Shown: positions 25,990 to 39,433 of the stretch, piece after piece
Position numbering within the stretch: position 1 is the stretch's first letter
Layout of the letters: each line of letters opens with the position of its first letter
Origin: Octopus vulgaris
Lineage: Eukaryota
Length of the DNA stretch: 64,000 nt
Direction: 5' to 3'
Assembly: GCA_951406725.2 (NCBI GenBank)
Contig: OX597828.1
Coordinates: 44,702,001-44,766,000 of the forward strand
Translations under genes and position numbers: made by a program
Notes under the pieces: model-generated
Databases searched by the model: none
The model's input: the letters and a program-made list of their open reading frames with translations, nothing else
What the model was told of the DNA's origin: nothing

Positions 25990-26220
25990 GGTATGATAGC
26001 AGAAGTGTTAGCACGTCGGGCGAAATGCTTAGCAGTATTTCGTTTGTCGCTACGTTCTGAGTTCAAATTCCGCCGAGGTCGACTTTGCCTTTCATCCTTT
26101 CGGGGTCAATTAAATAAGTACCAGTTATGCACTGGGGTCATTATAATCGACTTAATCCGTTTGTCTGCCCTTGTTTGTCCCCTCTGTGTTTAGCCCCTTG
26201 TGGGTAGTAAAGAAATAGGT
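25990..26220 (+). mobile_element. SINE family M
   Basis: Homology to 2250-2466. Confidence 0.8.
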
Positions 26221-26540
26221 ATGACTGACCGTGGGATTGTACCAAGAAACTTCCCCTCTGAGGCACAAGTCTGGGCAAGATTACTTATGGAAGACCCGAA
26301 GTTGCCCAAGCATACCGGACTCCCCTCTTCAAGCCACTGATGTTATCCAAGGGAAAGGCAAATGCCAATACAACTTGATGCAATTTAATATTGCAGCTCA
26401 TTTCTACAAGTTGAGTGAACTGAAGCAACATGAAATAAAGTGTCTTGCTCAAGAACACAACACACATCCTCGTCTGGAAATCAAACTCACTACCTCATAA
26501 TTGTGTGTCTGACACTCTAACCACTGAGCCGTGTGCCTTC
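26221..26540 (-). mobile_element. tRNA-derived SINE family C
   Basis: Minus strand GGCTCAGTGGTTAGAG head and GTGTTCTTGAGCAAGACACTTTATTTCA; related copies at 50675-51000 and 29030-29280. Confidence 0.7.
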
Positions 26541-27099
26541 ACAGTGTTTCAATAGAACTATTGTGAAGTTATTAGAAACGAACAAGCACAACTAATTGAT
26601 TATACAACAAACTGGCTCAATACTATTTCCTCTCACTTACACTCCTTTCTCTCCCTCCTGCCATCTTTCTCCCTCTCGTCTATAATTTTCCATTTATACC
26701 CTCCTCCCAACTTTTCTTTCTGTCCCTCAATATCTACCTCGTTCCCTTGCATGCTCTCTCTTTATACGCATCAACGTTAATTTTATCTCAACCATTATCG
26801 TTATTTGTGTTATTCATGCATAGCTGATATAAGGATTTATATTGAACAGCTGTTATTACGTGCAAGATAGATTTGGCAGCAATTAGCATTCCTTGGCCAA
26901 GGAAGAGATGAGGTAGCTTTCCTTGCAATAGTGAAGGAAGACGCAGGATGGGTATGGTCAAGAGTTTTGAAAGCAGGCATCATTCTTTCGTGTTAATCCT
27001 ACAGTAATTTCATTTAGCCCTTTAGCATTTATACTGACCATATCCAGTCCAGTTATTCATCTTGTTTTATTATCTAATTAGCCAGATCTGGTCTATTAC

Positions 27100-27880
27100 A
27101 TCATCGTCGTCATCATCATCATCGTTTAACGTCCGTTTCCCATGCTAGCATGAGTTGGACGATTCGACCGGGGTCTGGGAAACCAGGAGACTGCACCAGG
27201 CTCCAGTCTGATCTGGCAGTGTTTCTACAGCTGGATGCCCTTCCTAATGCCAACCACTCTGTGAGTGTAGTGGGTGCTTTTTACGTGCCACTGGCACAGG
27301 GGCCAGAGGAGGCTGGCAAACGGCCAAGATCAGTTAGAGCTTTTTACGTGTCATCGACATGGACGCCAGTCAGGCAGTGCTGGCATCAGCCATGTTCGGA
27401 TGGGTGTCTTAACTACAATTTCCATTTGATTATTATTTTGATGTTGGTGTTGACGTACTTGACTCAATAGGTCTCCTCAAGAACAGCGGGTCACTCTACA
27501 ATCTAAGGTTAGCACAGTAGGCCATCCTGCGAGCCATGAACTCACTTCATTTGTCGGATCTTCACAGTCACAGCATATCTCAGAGTTCTTGGTCTTTCGT
27601 CATTGCCTCTGTGAAGCTCAACGTGCAACCAGCACGGGTATCACAACAACAATATCCATTTGATTTTATTTTAATGTTGATGTACTTGACTCAATAGGTC
27701 TCCTCGAGAACAGCAGGTCACTCTACGACCCAAGGTTAGCACAGCGGGCCGTCCTGTGAACCACGAACTCACTTCATTTGTTGGGTCTTCGCAGTCACAG
27801 CATATCTCAGGGGTCTCGGTCTTCGTCATTTCCTCTCAGAGGCCCAACGCGCCACCGGCACGGGTATCATAACTACACAT
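27100..27880 (-). mobile_element. 5'-truncated RTE LINE with tandem duplication of the ORF end
   Basis: Family B UTR plus two ~235-bp copies encoding TLSFTEAMTKDQEL*..AVT.K.RQMK*. Confidence 0.75.
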
Positions 27881-28333
27881 ACCCTATAATGTAAATCTAA
27901 AAAGTAACAATCACATCCTTGAAATCTTAGAGCTGTGAGATAATGTAGGATTAATTCAAATAACTTGAATGAATAAGAACTGCATTTCATACGATAATCT
28001 GCATGCTAAAGGGTTACAGTGCTCCTGGAAAGGAAGACAGTATACTATCTGCATTAAAAGGGAGACAGTGTTCTGTGCATATGAGACAGGGATAAAAGAT
28101 CCCTGAATTCTTTCTATCCTATGTTGTCTCCATACTTCTATTGTGAACACCAGAGGGTTGTCTCTTCCCTGGTAAGATTATAGAAAGTCTCATCTTCCCA
28201 ATGTTGTCCCAACGCAGTAATTAATTTAATTAATTTCTTTCCTAAACAACAGGATAGGATGGAAACCAGACTGATCTGGAGACAAGAGAGAAACAGAAAA
28301 GAAGAAGGAGACTGAGAGAAAGAAGACAGTAGT

Positions 28334-28381
<48 letters not shown>

Positions 28382-28519
28382 CAGACAGAAAGTATGTGAG
28401 AGTGTGTGTGATAGATAGTAACAATGATAGAGGGGAGCAGTAATTTAAGAATATAAGTGGAAGTGACAATGAGTGCGAATGATGTACATGTGTGTGTGTA
28501 TATATGTATATATATATAT

Positions 28520-28835
28520 AGACATGTTCACCATTAACGGTAAGGCATTGTTTTCATTTATTTACTCCTCCTATTTCGCGTATGTGAATTGCAGTGTTAT
28601 GTTGTATATGGAGCCCCCACTTGTAGAAAATGGAAATAAACAGTCTTTGACTGCTATTTCTAATTCTTTCAGTATGCGGCAGAGCAACCTGTTGCCTGCC
28701 CTTTTACTTATATACTATATATACTGAACTCCACAGAAGTTCCCGACGCTAAAGGTCATATTTACATACCGAAATCTACCAGTAAATAATTGTTGGCTGT
28801 CTGAAAAACCACGGAAAAATTATTTACCCTTATTA
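28520..28835. mobile_element. (TA)n-flanked dispersed element, probably PLE-like
   Basis: Reverse-complement homolog at 34600-34830. Confidence 0.5.
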
Positions 28836-28925
28836 TTATTGTATATATATATGTATATGTATACATATACATATATACATATAAATACATAGGTACATTT
28901 GTTGATAAATGTATGTGTAGGTGTA

Positions 28926-28982
<57 letters not shown>

Positions 28983-29289
28983 AGAGTATGTGTGTGTGTG
29001 TGTGTGTATGTGTGTATGTGTGTGTGGAGGTATATGGCTTAGTGGCTAAGTTGTCCCACACATGATTACAAGATTGTGGTTTCGATTCCTGGAGCAGGTA
29101 ATACATTTCATTCTTGAGCAAAACATTTAATTTCATATTGTTCCAGTTCACTCCATAAGCAAAAAATGAGTATTTCTGTGAGAGACTGGCAACACATCCA
29201 GGGGAAGGGAAATATATATATACCACAGAATCCAGGAAACTGGTTTTATGAGCCTATGGCTCAGGAAGGACCTTTCATCTCTCTTTTTT

Positions 29290-29678
29290 ATAGCTGTGAT
29301 ACCAGTGCCGGTGGCACGTAAGAGAACCATCTGAATGTGGCCATCGCCAGCGCCGCCCCAACTGGCCTCCGGGCCGGTGGCACATAAAAAGCACCATCTG
29401 ATCGTGGCCGTTTGCCAGCCTCGCCGGGCCCCAGTGCCGGTGGCACGTAAAAAGCACCATCCGATCGTGGTCGTTTGCCAGCCTTGTCTGGCACGTAAAA
29501 AGCACCCACTACACTCACGGAGTGGTTGGCATTAGGAAGGGCATCCAGCCGTAGAAACATCGCCAGATCAGACTGGGCCTGGTGCAGCCTTCTGGCTTCC
29601 CAGACCCCAGTTGAACCGTCCAACCCATGCTAGCATGGAAAGCGGATGCTAAACGATGATGATGATGATGATGATGAT
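29290..29678 (+). mobile_element. RTE LINE 3' UTR fragment (family B)
   Basis: Minisatellite units, conserved motifs and (GAT)n tail. Confidence 0.85.
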
Positions 29679-29690
29679 GTATGTATGTTC

Positions 29691-30197
29691 TCCTTACTGG
29701 GTTCTCCTGCTTGTGTGGAGCAGAGTCCTGTTGCCAGACATACGGTCTTCTGGTAGCAACCCTCTTGACCCAAGACAGCACTACTTCCTCTAGGTACTTG
29801 ATGTAGGCCTTGGTGTTGAGTCTGAGGCCATGATGGAAAGATAAGAGGAGGCATAACACCACCATCACTAGTGATCACTCCAAACACTATGAAGTTGACT
29901 GGATGTTTGATTTTTATCACGCCCAGTACATGTTTTGGAGGCCAATCTGTCCTCAGATTGACACCCAAACACTATGAAATGTTCGTATTTGGATCTTCTG
30001 GTGTAAATGCTGAGCAGTACAGCATGTTGTTTCCAAATTTTTGACAAAGTGAATTGCATCATGGTGCTGTTTTCCTCACAGAAATTTTCCAACTGACCCT
30101 ACTATACTGTGTAGTTGATAAAATAAAAATAAAAATAACAATGCGCATGAGAAAAATTAAAAATATAAAACAGTGACAATTTAACCTGTGCGTCCTA
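29691..30197 (-). mobile_element. DD37D (maT-type) Tc1/mariner relic, 5' half
   Basis: IKHPVNFIVFGVITSDGGVMPPLIFP, HGLRLNTKAYIKYLEEVV..RPYVWQQDSAP; TIR-like end at ~30170-30197. Confidence 0.8.
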
Positions 30198-30314
30198 TAT
30201 ATATAGGTACACACACACATATATATATCTATATATATCTGTATATATAAGTGTGTGTGTGTATATATATATATATATAAGTGTACATACATATATGTAT
30301 ACATACATTACACA

Positions 30315-30348
<34 letters not shown>

Positions 30349-30966
30349 GCATATATATACATATACATATATATACATACATACATACATACATATATAT
30401 ATTGGACGTTAAACGATGATGATGATGATGATGATGCACATAAATTACTGTTGATCATAAATATTCTCTATTGTTTTTATCTGGGCGTCTAAACCTCATG
30501 CCTGCAGAATTCAATGTAGGGCAACTGTTCTGATGACACTTATAGAAGCAGAAACATGTCTCAGCAGCTGTTCTTCTATTTCTTGACAAAGTAGATTGCC
30601 ATTTATTTAATGGCATATCAATTGCAGGGAATTGTTGATTCTTGAGATTAGTTCCCTTTCTCGTTTTGTGTCTGTCGTTATTATTACACCAAGCATTTGT
30701 TTACAATCTGTCAAAATAAAGATATGTCCAATATATCAGGAATTTATTTTGAATGGTGTTAATATCTCTTTACACACACACACACACATGTGCATGTTCG
30801 TATGTGTTGCTGTACATGTAATCCTGCATTTTCATACATAAACATGTACTATTACAGAGGTCAGCTGTTTTGCAGATATCAACGTATCTTGCACAATCAA
30901 TGACAGAGCGAGAGAGAGAGAGAGAAAGAAAGAAAGAAAGAAAGAGAAAGAGAAAGAGAGATAGCT

Positions 30967-30998
<32 letters not shown>

Positions 30999-31199
30999 CA
31001 GGTATTCTACAGGCAGCTGTATTCCGAATCTATAGCTTCTCAAATCAGATTTATGAATTCACATATGTACTTTTAGCTGTTGTTGCACTTCTTTATGGTT
31101 GGTAAAACGTGTGAATGGGGAATTTCTGCATTGAAAAGCTGGGGTGGTTTTCATGCAAAGAAAGAAAGTAACCAGCTAGTGCACGCTTAACACCATTGC

Positions 31200-31233
31200 C
31201 ATCACTGTCATCATCATCATCACCATCATCATC

Positions 31234-31285
<52 letters not shown>

Positions 31286-31460
31286 CTACCACCATCGTTG
31301 TTTGTCATCATCATCTTCCCCCACCATCATTATCACCACCACCACCACCACCACCACCACCAAAACCACCACCACCACCACCACCACCACTGCCACCACT
31401 ACCACCATTATCCATGATCATCATCATCATCGTCTTCATCATCCACATCAGCATTTCTCT

Positions 31461-31495
<35 letters not shown>

Positions 31496-31610
31496 GGAGT
31501 GAGAAAGAGAGAGAGAGAGAGAGGGAGTGAGAAGGAGAGAGAGAGAGGGAGTGACAAAGAGAGAGAGAGAGAGAGAGAGCAAGAAAGAGGGAGAGAGTGC
31601 GAGAGAGATG
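31200..31610. repeat. (TCA)n,(CCA)n,(GA)n compound microsatellite
   Basis: Direct inspection. Confidence 0.9.
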
Positions 31611-32824
31611 TGTATTATACATAGGGCAGTAAATATATGAGCTAGCATGATCTCTCCCACCATCCCTCCCAAACCAATAAATGGAAAAAAAAAACATTTC
31701 CATCAACAAACATTTTTATCAAAAGACATGTACCTTACACCTCATGAACACCACCATCCCAGACACACACCTAAACATATAGAAAATTACTAAAAGAAAG
31801 AATTTCTCACCAGAGGTCAACTATTCAAATGGCTTCATAAAACACTCCTTTAACACTCCACCACCTCCCAACTCCACCCCACCCCCGGTCAAGTATCTTG
31901 TGTTGACCATTCACTATTTTCTTTCAGCTCTTCTTCCTCAACATTCTTTCACTCCCACATTGACTAACAAACCCTAACCCTACCCCCAAACACACCCAAA
32001 TCCCATATACAGAACCACAAAGCCCCAAACCCCTCAGGTCTGCTTGACAAGGAATGCAAGAAGGTTCTGCAGAAAGTTAATAAGGATCTGTTTTTAAAAA
32101 TCTCTCCATCCAAGTTAACAAAGAACTTACTAGATCTATGAACTAAAGTGTAAAATCTATATTACTAAAAAATTCCGGGTTCAGTCCCACTGCGTGGCAT
32201 GTTGGGCAAGTGTCTTCTACTATAGCCTTGGGCCGACCAAAGCCTTGTGAGTGGATTTGGTAGACAGAAACTGAAAGAAGCCCGTCGTATATATGTATAT
32301 ATATATATGTGTGTGTATGTTTGATAAGTCTAGTACCCAGGTAGGTTACAGCAAGATTTGAACGCCGAAGAATGACATTTTTACAAGTCTATACCACCAC
32401 AATTCACAGCCTTGGAAAGGCGAAGTTGGCCTCTAGGATTTGAACTCAAAATGCTGTGTACTTAGAAAAAAATTGCAAAGCATTTTTTTCAATGCTCTAC
32501 TGATTCTGATAATTTATTGCCTTTTTCTGGCAACAAAGCTTTCAGTCTTTGTTAAAAATCAATTCTTTTATTATAAAAATAATTAAGAAAAGAGAAAAAA
32601 TGTAGTCTAAAATTTATACACATATACATATACACAGATATACATACACACATACATACATACATAAACTTATACCTGCATGTATCCAAGCATACATGCA
32701 TACACACACATGCATACACACACATACGTATTTGCATGCACATTATAAATATGCATATATATATATATATATATATATACATACATACGTACATATATAT
32801 GCACACGCACACACATATAAGCAT

Positions 32825-32868
<44 letters not shown>

Positions 32869-33419
32869 GTAAGTATATATATATATAGTTAAAATTTACA
32901 GATGACAAAAGATACTCACACACACATACCTAATCAAAAGATTACAGCTACAAGCTGTCAAAACATTCAAGAAGTTAAGCATGTGATGAGATCCACAGAT
33001 GCAATGACATCGATGCCTGCACCCGCTCACCCAACCCACATGCATGCATATCAATGTTTTTAATCTTATTCTTTAATGCAAAACAATGCATGTACACAGT
33101 ATGCATGCATATGTGCATACGTCCATATTTGCACGCCTGCTTAAATTCATATGCAAGATGATGCAGTCTACTCAGTTGATGCTGTCTAAATTCCAACGAA
33201 AGAATCTTAGTTCCAGGCCTGAAACTGGCTCTCTTCTATATTCTTAATATAAAATAAAACTCAAAATACATGCATACATGCATGCATGCATGTAGCCATC
33301 CATCCAGCTAGCCAGCCAGGCAGCCGTGTATGTGTCTCTCTCTGTCTGTCTGTCTGTCTGTCTCTCTCACTCTCTCTCTCTCTATCTATCTATCTAACTC
33401 CATCTCCATTCTCCATTAC

Positions 33420-33820
33420 TCCATTACTTGTTTCAGTCATTTGACTGTGGCCATACAGGAGCACACCTTTAGTCGAGAAAATCGACCCCAGGACTTATTC
33501 TTTGTAAGCCTAGTACTTATTCTATCAGTCCCTTTTGCCGAACCGCTAAGTTACGGGGACGTAAAAACACCAGCATCAGTTGTCAAGCGATGTTGGGGGG
33601 ACAAACAGAAACACAAACATATACACACACATATACATATATATATACATAAACACAACGGGCTTCTTTCAGTTTCCATCTACCAAATCCACTCACAAGG
33701 CTTTGGTCGGCCCGAGGCTATAGTAGAATACACTTGCCCAAGGTGCCACACAGTGGGACTGAACCCTGAACCATGTGGTTGGTAACCAAGCTACTTACCA
33801 CACAGCCACTCCTATGCCTA
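33420..33820 (-). mobile_element. SINE family A
   Basis: Reverse-complement homology. Confidence 0.85.
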
Positions 33821-34557
33821 ACTGCTTGGCATTTATGCTGGAATCACCAATACAAACATTTCAGAGTGTTTGGGTGACAATGTGAAAACAATGCAATCCG
33901 AGGACATGTACCGAGAGTGATAAAAATCAAACATCCAGGCAACATCATGGTATATGGAAAGATGGTTAGTGATGAGGAAGTTATGCCTCCATTCATCTTC
34001 CCACATGGCCTCATGCTCAACATGGAGGCTTACATCGTGCCTGGAGAAGATAGTGTTGCCCTGGGTGAAGAGGATTGCTGCTGGAAGACCTTATGTCTGT
34101 CTGGCAACAAGACTCTGCACCATGCTACACAAGCAGGAGAACCCAGTCATGGCTGTCAGACAATTTCTGTGACCACATCATCCCTAACATCTTGCAACTT
34201 ATCTCTCCAAACGGCAACCCCCTCAATTATTATGTGTAGGGTACAGTTGAGTGAGAGACCAACAACTCCTTGTAATGCCAACGATGAACTGAAGGCAAAG
34301 ATCATGGCAGCATGAACTGAAGGCGAAGAAGGCAGCATTCACCCACTTAGACAAGGAGACCATCCAGAAGAGTTGCAGGAGATTCCAAAGTCATCTGGAG
34401 GCCATGGTTGAAGCCAATGGCGATTTTATTGAATAAATTTTCTTTTTAGTATTTTAAGATACTTCTATGTAATTTTGGCAAAAATATCTGTTAAAATGAA
34501 ATGTCAGTGTTATTTTCATTTGTGTAATTTCGGCAACAGTTTGTTCACCGCACCCTG
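33821..34557 (+). mobile_element. DD37D Tc1/mariner relic
   Basis: KHPGNIMVYG..VMPPFIFPHGL; QDSAPC followed 37 residues later by NPL(N)YYV; right TIR CACCGCACCCTG then TA. Confidence 0.8.
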
Positions 34558-34600
<43 letters not shown>

Positions 34601-34834
34601 AGAGTAAATAATATCTTTAATGGTTTAAAAAAAACCAACAATTATTTACGGGTAGATTTCGGCATGTAAATATAACCATTAACGGTAGGAACTTCTATAA
34701 AAGTTAAATATATATTTTTGTATATACATAAAAGAGGCAGGCAACAGGTTGCTTAGCCACATACCGAAAGTTTAGAAATAGCAGTCAAAGACTGTTTATT
34801 TCTATTTTCTATGTGGCTAAGCAACCTGTTGACT

Positions 34835-35538
34835 GCTGCTCTGTCTGGCAACCGTGTCGGTGGCACGTAAAAGCACCATCTGTTCGCGTCCGTTGCCAGC
34901 CTCGGCTGGCCCCCGTGCCGGTGACACGTAAAAGCACCATCCGTTTGTGGCCGTTTGCCAGCTCTGTCTGGCCCCGTGTCGGTGGCACGTAAAAGCACCA
35001 TCCGTCCGTGTCCGTTGCCAGCCTCGGCTGGCCCCCGTGCCGGTGACACGTAAAAGCACCGTCCGCTCGTGGCCGTTTGCCAGCTCTGTCTGGCAACCGT
35101 GTCGGTGGCACGTAAAGCACCATCCGTCCGTGTCCGTTGCCAGCCTCGGCTGGCCCCCGTGCCGGTGACACGTAAAAGCACCGTCCGCTCGTGGCCGTTT
35201 GCCAGCTCTGTCTGGCAACCGTGTCGGTGGCACGTAAAAGCACCATCCGTTCGTGTCCGTTGCCAGCATCGCCTGGCCCCGTGCCGGTGACACGTAAAAG
35301 CACCATCCGTTCGTGGCCGTTCGCCAGCTCTGTCTGGCACCTGTGCAGGTGGAACGTAAAAACACCCACTACACTCGCGGAGTGGTTGGCGTTAGGAAGG
35401 GCATCCAGCCGTAGAAACACTGCCAGATCTGACTGGGCCTGACGAAGCCTTCCAGCTTCACAGACCCCAGTTGACCCGTCCAACCCATGCTAGCATGGAA
35501 AACGGACGCTAAACGATGATGATGATGATGATGATGAT
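34835..35538 (+). mobile_element. RTE 3' UTR with alternating ~61/62-bp minisatellite
   Basis: Dimeric ~123-bp period, then conserved motifs and (GAT)n tail. Confidence 0.85.
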
Positions 35539-35576
35539 ATGTATATATGTATAAGTAGAAAGATATATTTTTTTTC

Positions 35577-35824
35577 AACACATAAGTTCTGATAGGACAG
35601 CATGTATAACATAAAATCCTTACAGGGCAGAAAAATGTGTCAGCAACCAGTCATTAGCCTCGAACTCACATCCCTTCAATTTCTGGTCAAAGTGCTTTAC
35701 CATTTAAGCTAAACTGCTTTACTGACAAATTCTTTGACTAGAAATTAAAGGGATGTGAGTTTGAGTTTCATGGCTGGTTAAGGATTTTATCCTATATATG
35801 CTGTTCTAGCAGAACTTATGTGTT
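35577..35824. repeat. Long imperfect hairpin containing tRNA-like sequence
   Basis: Outer arms AACACATAAGTTCTG/CAGAACTTATGTGTT; inner arms CTCACATCCCTT/AAGGGATGTGAG. Confidence 0.65.
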
Positions 35825-35868
35825 CAAAAACAAACTTATGTTTGTTTTTATATGACATTATATATATC

Positions 35869-35923
<55 letters not shown>

Positions 35924-36181
35924 TTATTTGAGGGAACAAAATCCAAACTTACAAGGAAAAAAATTCAATTTAGAAATATTAAATCAAATTTCCCACAATA
36001 TAATATATATATATATAAAATTAGAAAAAAAACACCTTTTATCAATTCAAAATGAAGAATTAAATTACACCATCTAGAAAATTACATATAATAGAAATAT
36101 TAAAATCAAAATAACAATAAAATGTCAATGATTAAGTAAATTGCAAAAAAATAATAATAAAAATGTATATAATTTGTAGAA

Positions 36182-36270
36182 TAATGACACGTGTTTTGTG
36201 GCTATATTTAAGAAACGATTATAGTAGTAGAAAAATCACTTCGATATAAATATAGTCACTCATCAGGTTA
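36182..36270 (-). ncRNA. Degenerate long-stem-II HHR in PLE-like element (35920-36435)
   Basis: CTGATGA-GTGACTATATTTA...TAAATATAGCCAC-AAAA-CACGTG-TC; G12 is A here but intact in the copy at ~9250. Confidence 0.5.
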
Positions 36271-36450
36271 AAAAAAATATATTTCTATTATATGTAATTT
36301 TCTAGATGGAGTAATTTAATTGTTCATTTTGAATTGATAAAAGGTGGGTTTTTCCTAATTTTATATATATATATATAAAATTAGGAAAAAACCCCACCTT
36401 TTATCAATTCAAAATGAACAATTAAATTACACCATATATATATATATATA

Positions 36451-36815
36451 CTAGCAGTATCGCCCGGCGTTGCTCAGGTTTGTAAGGGAAATAACTATAA
36501 AGCATTTTTAGAGAATTATAGTCAAAAAATAGCAAAAAAATGGAAAAAAATGATGGTAAATTTTTTTTTAGTTAAAAAAGGTGGAGTTGCGTCCCCTAGA
36601 CAGTTTGCGGTTTGTGTTTCTGATTCTCGACCCCATGTCGAATTTATCGATTTTTTTCAGAACTGGGGGAACTTTTCAAAATTTTCGCTGCGTTAGTTTT
36701 GAATTATGACATTGGGCTATGTGTGTGTCAAGTTTCATCAGAATCGGTTGAAAGCCGTGGTCAGGGTGAGGGTACAAGCAAACAGACACACAGAAACACG
36801 CACAGACAAACTGCC

Positions 36816-36822
<7 letters not shown>
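36451..36822 (-). mobile_element. Non-autonomous Helitron
   Basis: 3' end (hairpin plus CTAG at 36451) shared with 5756-6212. Confidence 0.75.
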
Positions 36823-36865
<43 letters not shown>

Positions 36866-37049
36866 TGTATGTATGTATGTATATATATGTATATATATGA
36901 CTCTCTAAAGACAACAGATGAGTGTTCAATGAGAAGAGAGAAAAAATCCAACCAAATAGACAATCAACAACATACATTGCTATTACAACCAATCTTCAGT
37001 GTTTACAATTCATTTACTTCCCCTGGTGATTCTTCATGTTAACCCTCAG

Positions 37050-37340
37050 GCCACCAAAAGCAATATGGATATGAACATGACTTAATCCAGCATATGATCT
37101 AGCTGAGAAATCACAATATGGACAATGCTGGTTTGCAGGAAGATTGTTGTTTTGTTGGTTTCTTTCCCTGTTTTGCTATAACTGCTCTTTATGCTGTACG
37201 CTTTGGGTTTTGAAATTTTGAGCCTGGAAATTCACTCTCTTCTCCGGTCTGTTTGCTTTCTCGCAAAATTCTCACAGTTTTTTTTCTTCCTAATACTGAG
37301 ATGTTTCAAATTATCTTCTAAATTGTCTTCAAACCATTGA
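37050..37340 (-). pseudogene. Old RTE LINE C-terminal fragment with C2H2-like finger
   Basis: WFEDNLEDNLKHLSI..ENFARKQTDRRR, then HCPYCDFSARSYAGLSHVHIH in another frame. Confidence 0.55.
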
Positions 37341-37377
37341 AGTATAAGATACACACACACACAGATAGATAGATAGG

Positions 37378-37451
<74 letters not shown>

Positions 37452-37603
37452 TACAGACAGATATTTATACTTAACTATGTACACATATTTCTTAAAATAC
37501 ACAGAAGAAAAAATTATTCATTAAAAAGTACTTTTTCTTTTACAATATGTATATATATATATATATATACACATACAAATATATAAATATATATATATAT
37601 ATG

Positions 37604-37669
<66 letters not shown>

Positions 37670-38072
37670 TACACCGTTAATATTCCAATTAATTTTAACA
37701 AATCTTTAAACCTGTCTCTTGAGATGTCCTTTAAAATAAAAATAATAAAATTTCCCGAAACAACATCAAACCAAAATGTTAAATACTTAATGATCAATTA
37801 AATCTCAATGATGAAAAAACAATTGAAAATCTAATTTGATCTAAAAATAATTTCCTAGTGACATTAGAATCACATAAAATTCTTGGAATTTTCTTTCCTT
37901 TTTACCTATTTCAATTTTTAATTTTTTATGTGTTTACATTTTGTCACTTGTTTTTTTGTTTTTTTTTTTGCCTTTTGCTTTTTTTTTTTTTTTTTTTTGT
38001 TTTTGTTACTTTTTTGTTTTTTCCTTTCTTTAATTACTTATAGATTAAATTATTGATTTTTTTACATTTATA

Positions 38073-38111
<39 letters not shown>

Positions 38112-38230
38112 GTGTATACTTATATATGCACACACACACAAGCATTGTCTGTGTGTGTGTGTGCATACACATATACATAGAGACAGACACACTGATATAC
38201 ACTTCTACGAACACATGCCTTCAATTATAT

Positions 38231-38276
<46 letters not shown>

Positions 38277-38539
38277 TTGCATACATCCATAAAGCTTCTC
38301 TGACACCACCATCACATGTGTGTGCACGTTATTATTATTATTAAGCTGGCGGAATTGTTAGCATGCTGGCAAAATGCTTAACAGCATTTTGTCCATTTTA
38401 AAGTTTTGAGTTCAAATTCTACTGAGGTCAACTTTACCTTTCATTGTTTTTGGGTCAATAAATTAAGTACAAGTGAAATACTGGGGTTGATCTAATTGAC
38501 TAGTCCCCCTTCTACCAAATTACAAGCCTTGTGCATTAA

Positions 38540-38760
38540 CCCTTTCGTTACCAACCCGGCCGAAACCGCCTCTGACTTTGAGTAACAAATGCCTTGTTTT
38601 CATAAGTTTTGAATTAAAATCTTCCTCCAAACCTTAGTCACAATTTATGTTCCTAACACTAGCTGAATGATAACTAAGTTATTTTACTAAATTCTTAGTT
38701 ATATTTAAAGTAATTGAAAGAAACACAGAGCATCTCAAAATAAATTCAGTAACGAAAGGG
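38540..38760 (-). mobile_element. piggyBac-like MITE family 1, nested in a family M SINE
   Basis: TTAA TSD on both sides; perfect TIR CCCTTTCGTTAC/GTAACGAAAGGG. Confidence 0.85.
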
Positions 38761-38810
38761 TTAAGTAGAAAGGATTATTAATATCATTATTATTATTATT
38801 ATTATTATTA

Positions 38811-39376
38811 TTGAGTGAGCGAGCAGAGCATGCCATCAGAGTGACACCCGGGTAAAATATATGATGCCCAGTATACCCATCATGACTACCCGTCTGATAA
38901 GGGTACACTAGACACATGCATCACAACCATATGTGCACGACATGGTGATCGCATATCAAGATAAACAGCACATGACCTTTCAGGTGGGGCCCAGTTAGAA
39001 TTTTCTTCAAGCCAAGTAATCCACCCTGCTCAAAAGGTCCCTGAATAAGGGTTGCTTAAGAATGTTGAACGAAACACCCATGTTTCCAGAGGTGAATTAT
39101 TCAAACCCCAAAGAATCTCTCTCAACACATGGCTATGATGCTCCCCCACTACTTCTGCTCGTGATCAGAGATGCACATATTGTCAGCCACTAAGGGACAT
39201 GCTCAACTGGTTAAGGTCAACCAACGGACAAGCAAAGAAGCAAATCTGTGGTATTGAGCAGAATATTTGCTTTAGACCATCTTTTATACCAAGACAAAAC
39301 AATATACATGATAACACATCCAATCAGTTAAGATCAGAAGCCATGAGAGCCACTGCCTGGTACTGCATTAGGGCAT
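38811..39376 (-). mobile_element. Second copy of the TAA-associated ~550-bp element
   Basis: Reverse complement of 14106-14651. Confidence 0.7.
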
Positions 39377-39399
39377 CATCATCGTCGTCGTCGTCGTCC

Positions 39400-39433
<34 letters not shown>

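Noticed and set aside
28740-28790. GGT..ACC-GAAA hairpin in the 28520/34600 family as an HHR
   Set aside because: No recognisable CUGANGA core or stem III in either copy
32038-32145. Exon-like LLDKECKKVLQKVNKDLFLKISPSKLTKNLLDL* after a CAG
   Set aside because: Short, ends in stops, no partner exon or recognisable domain
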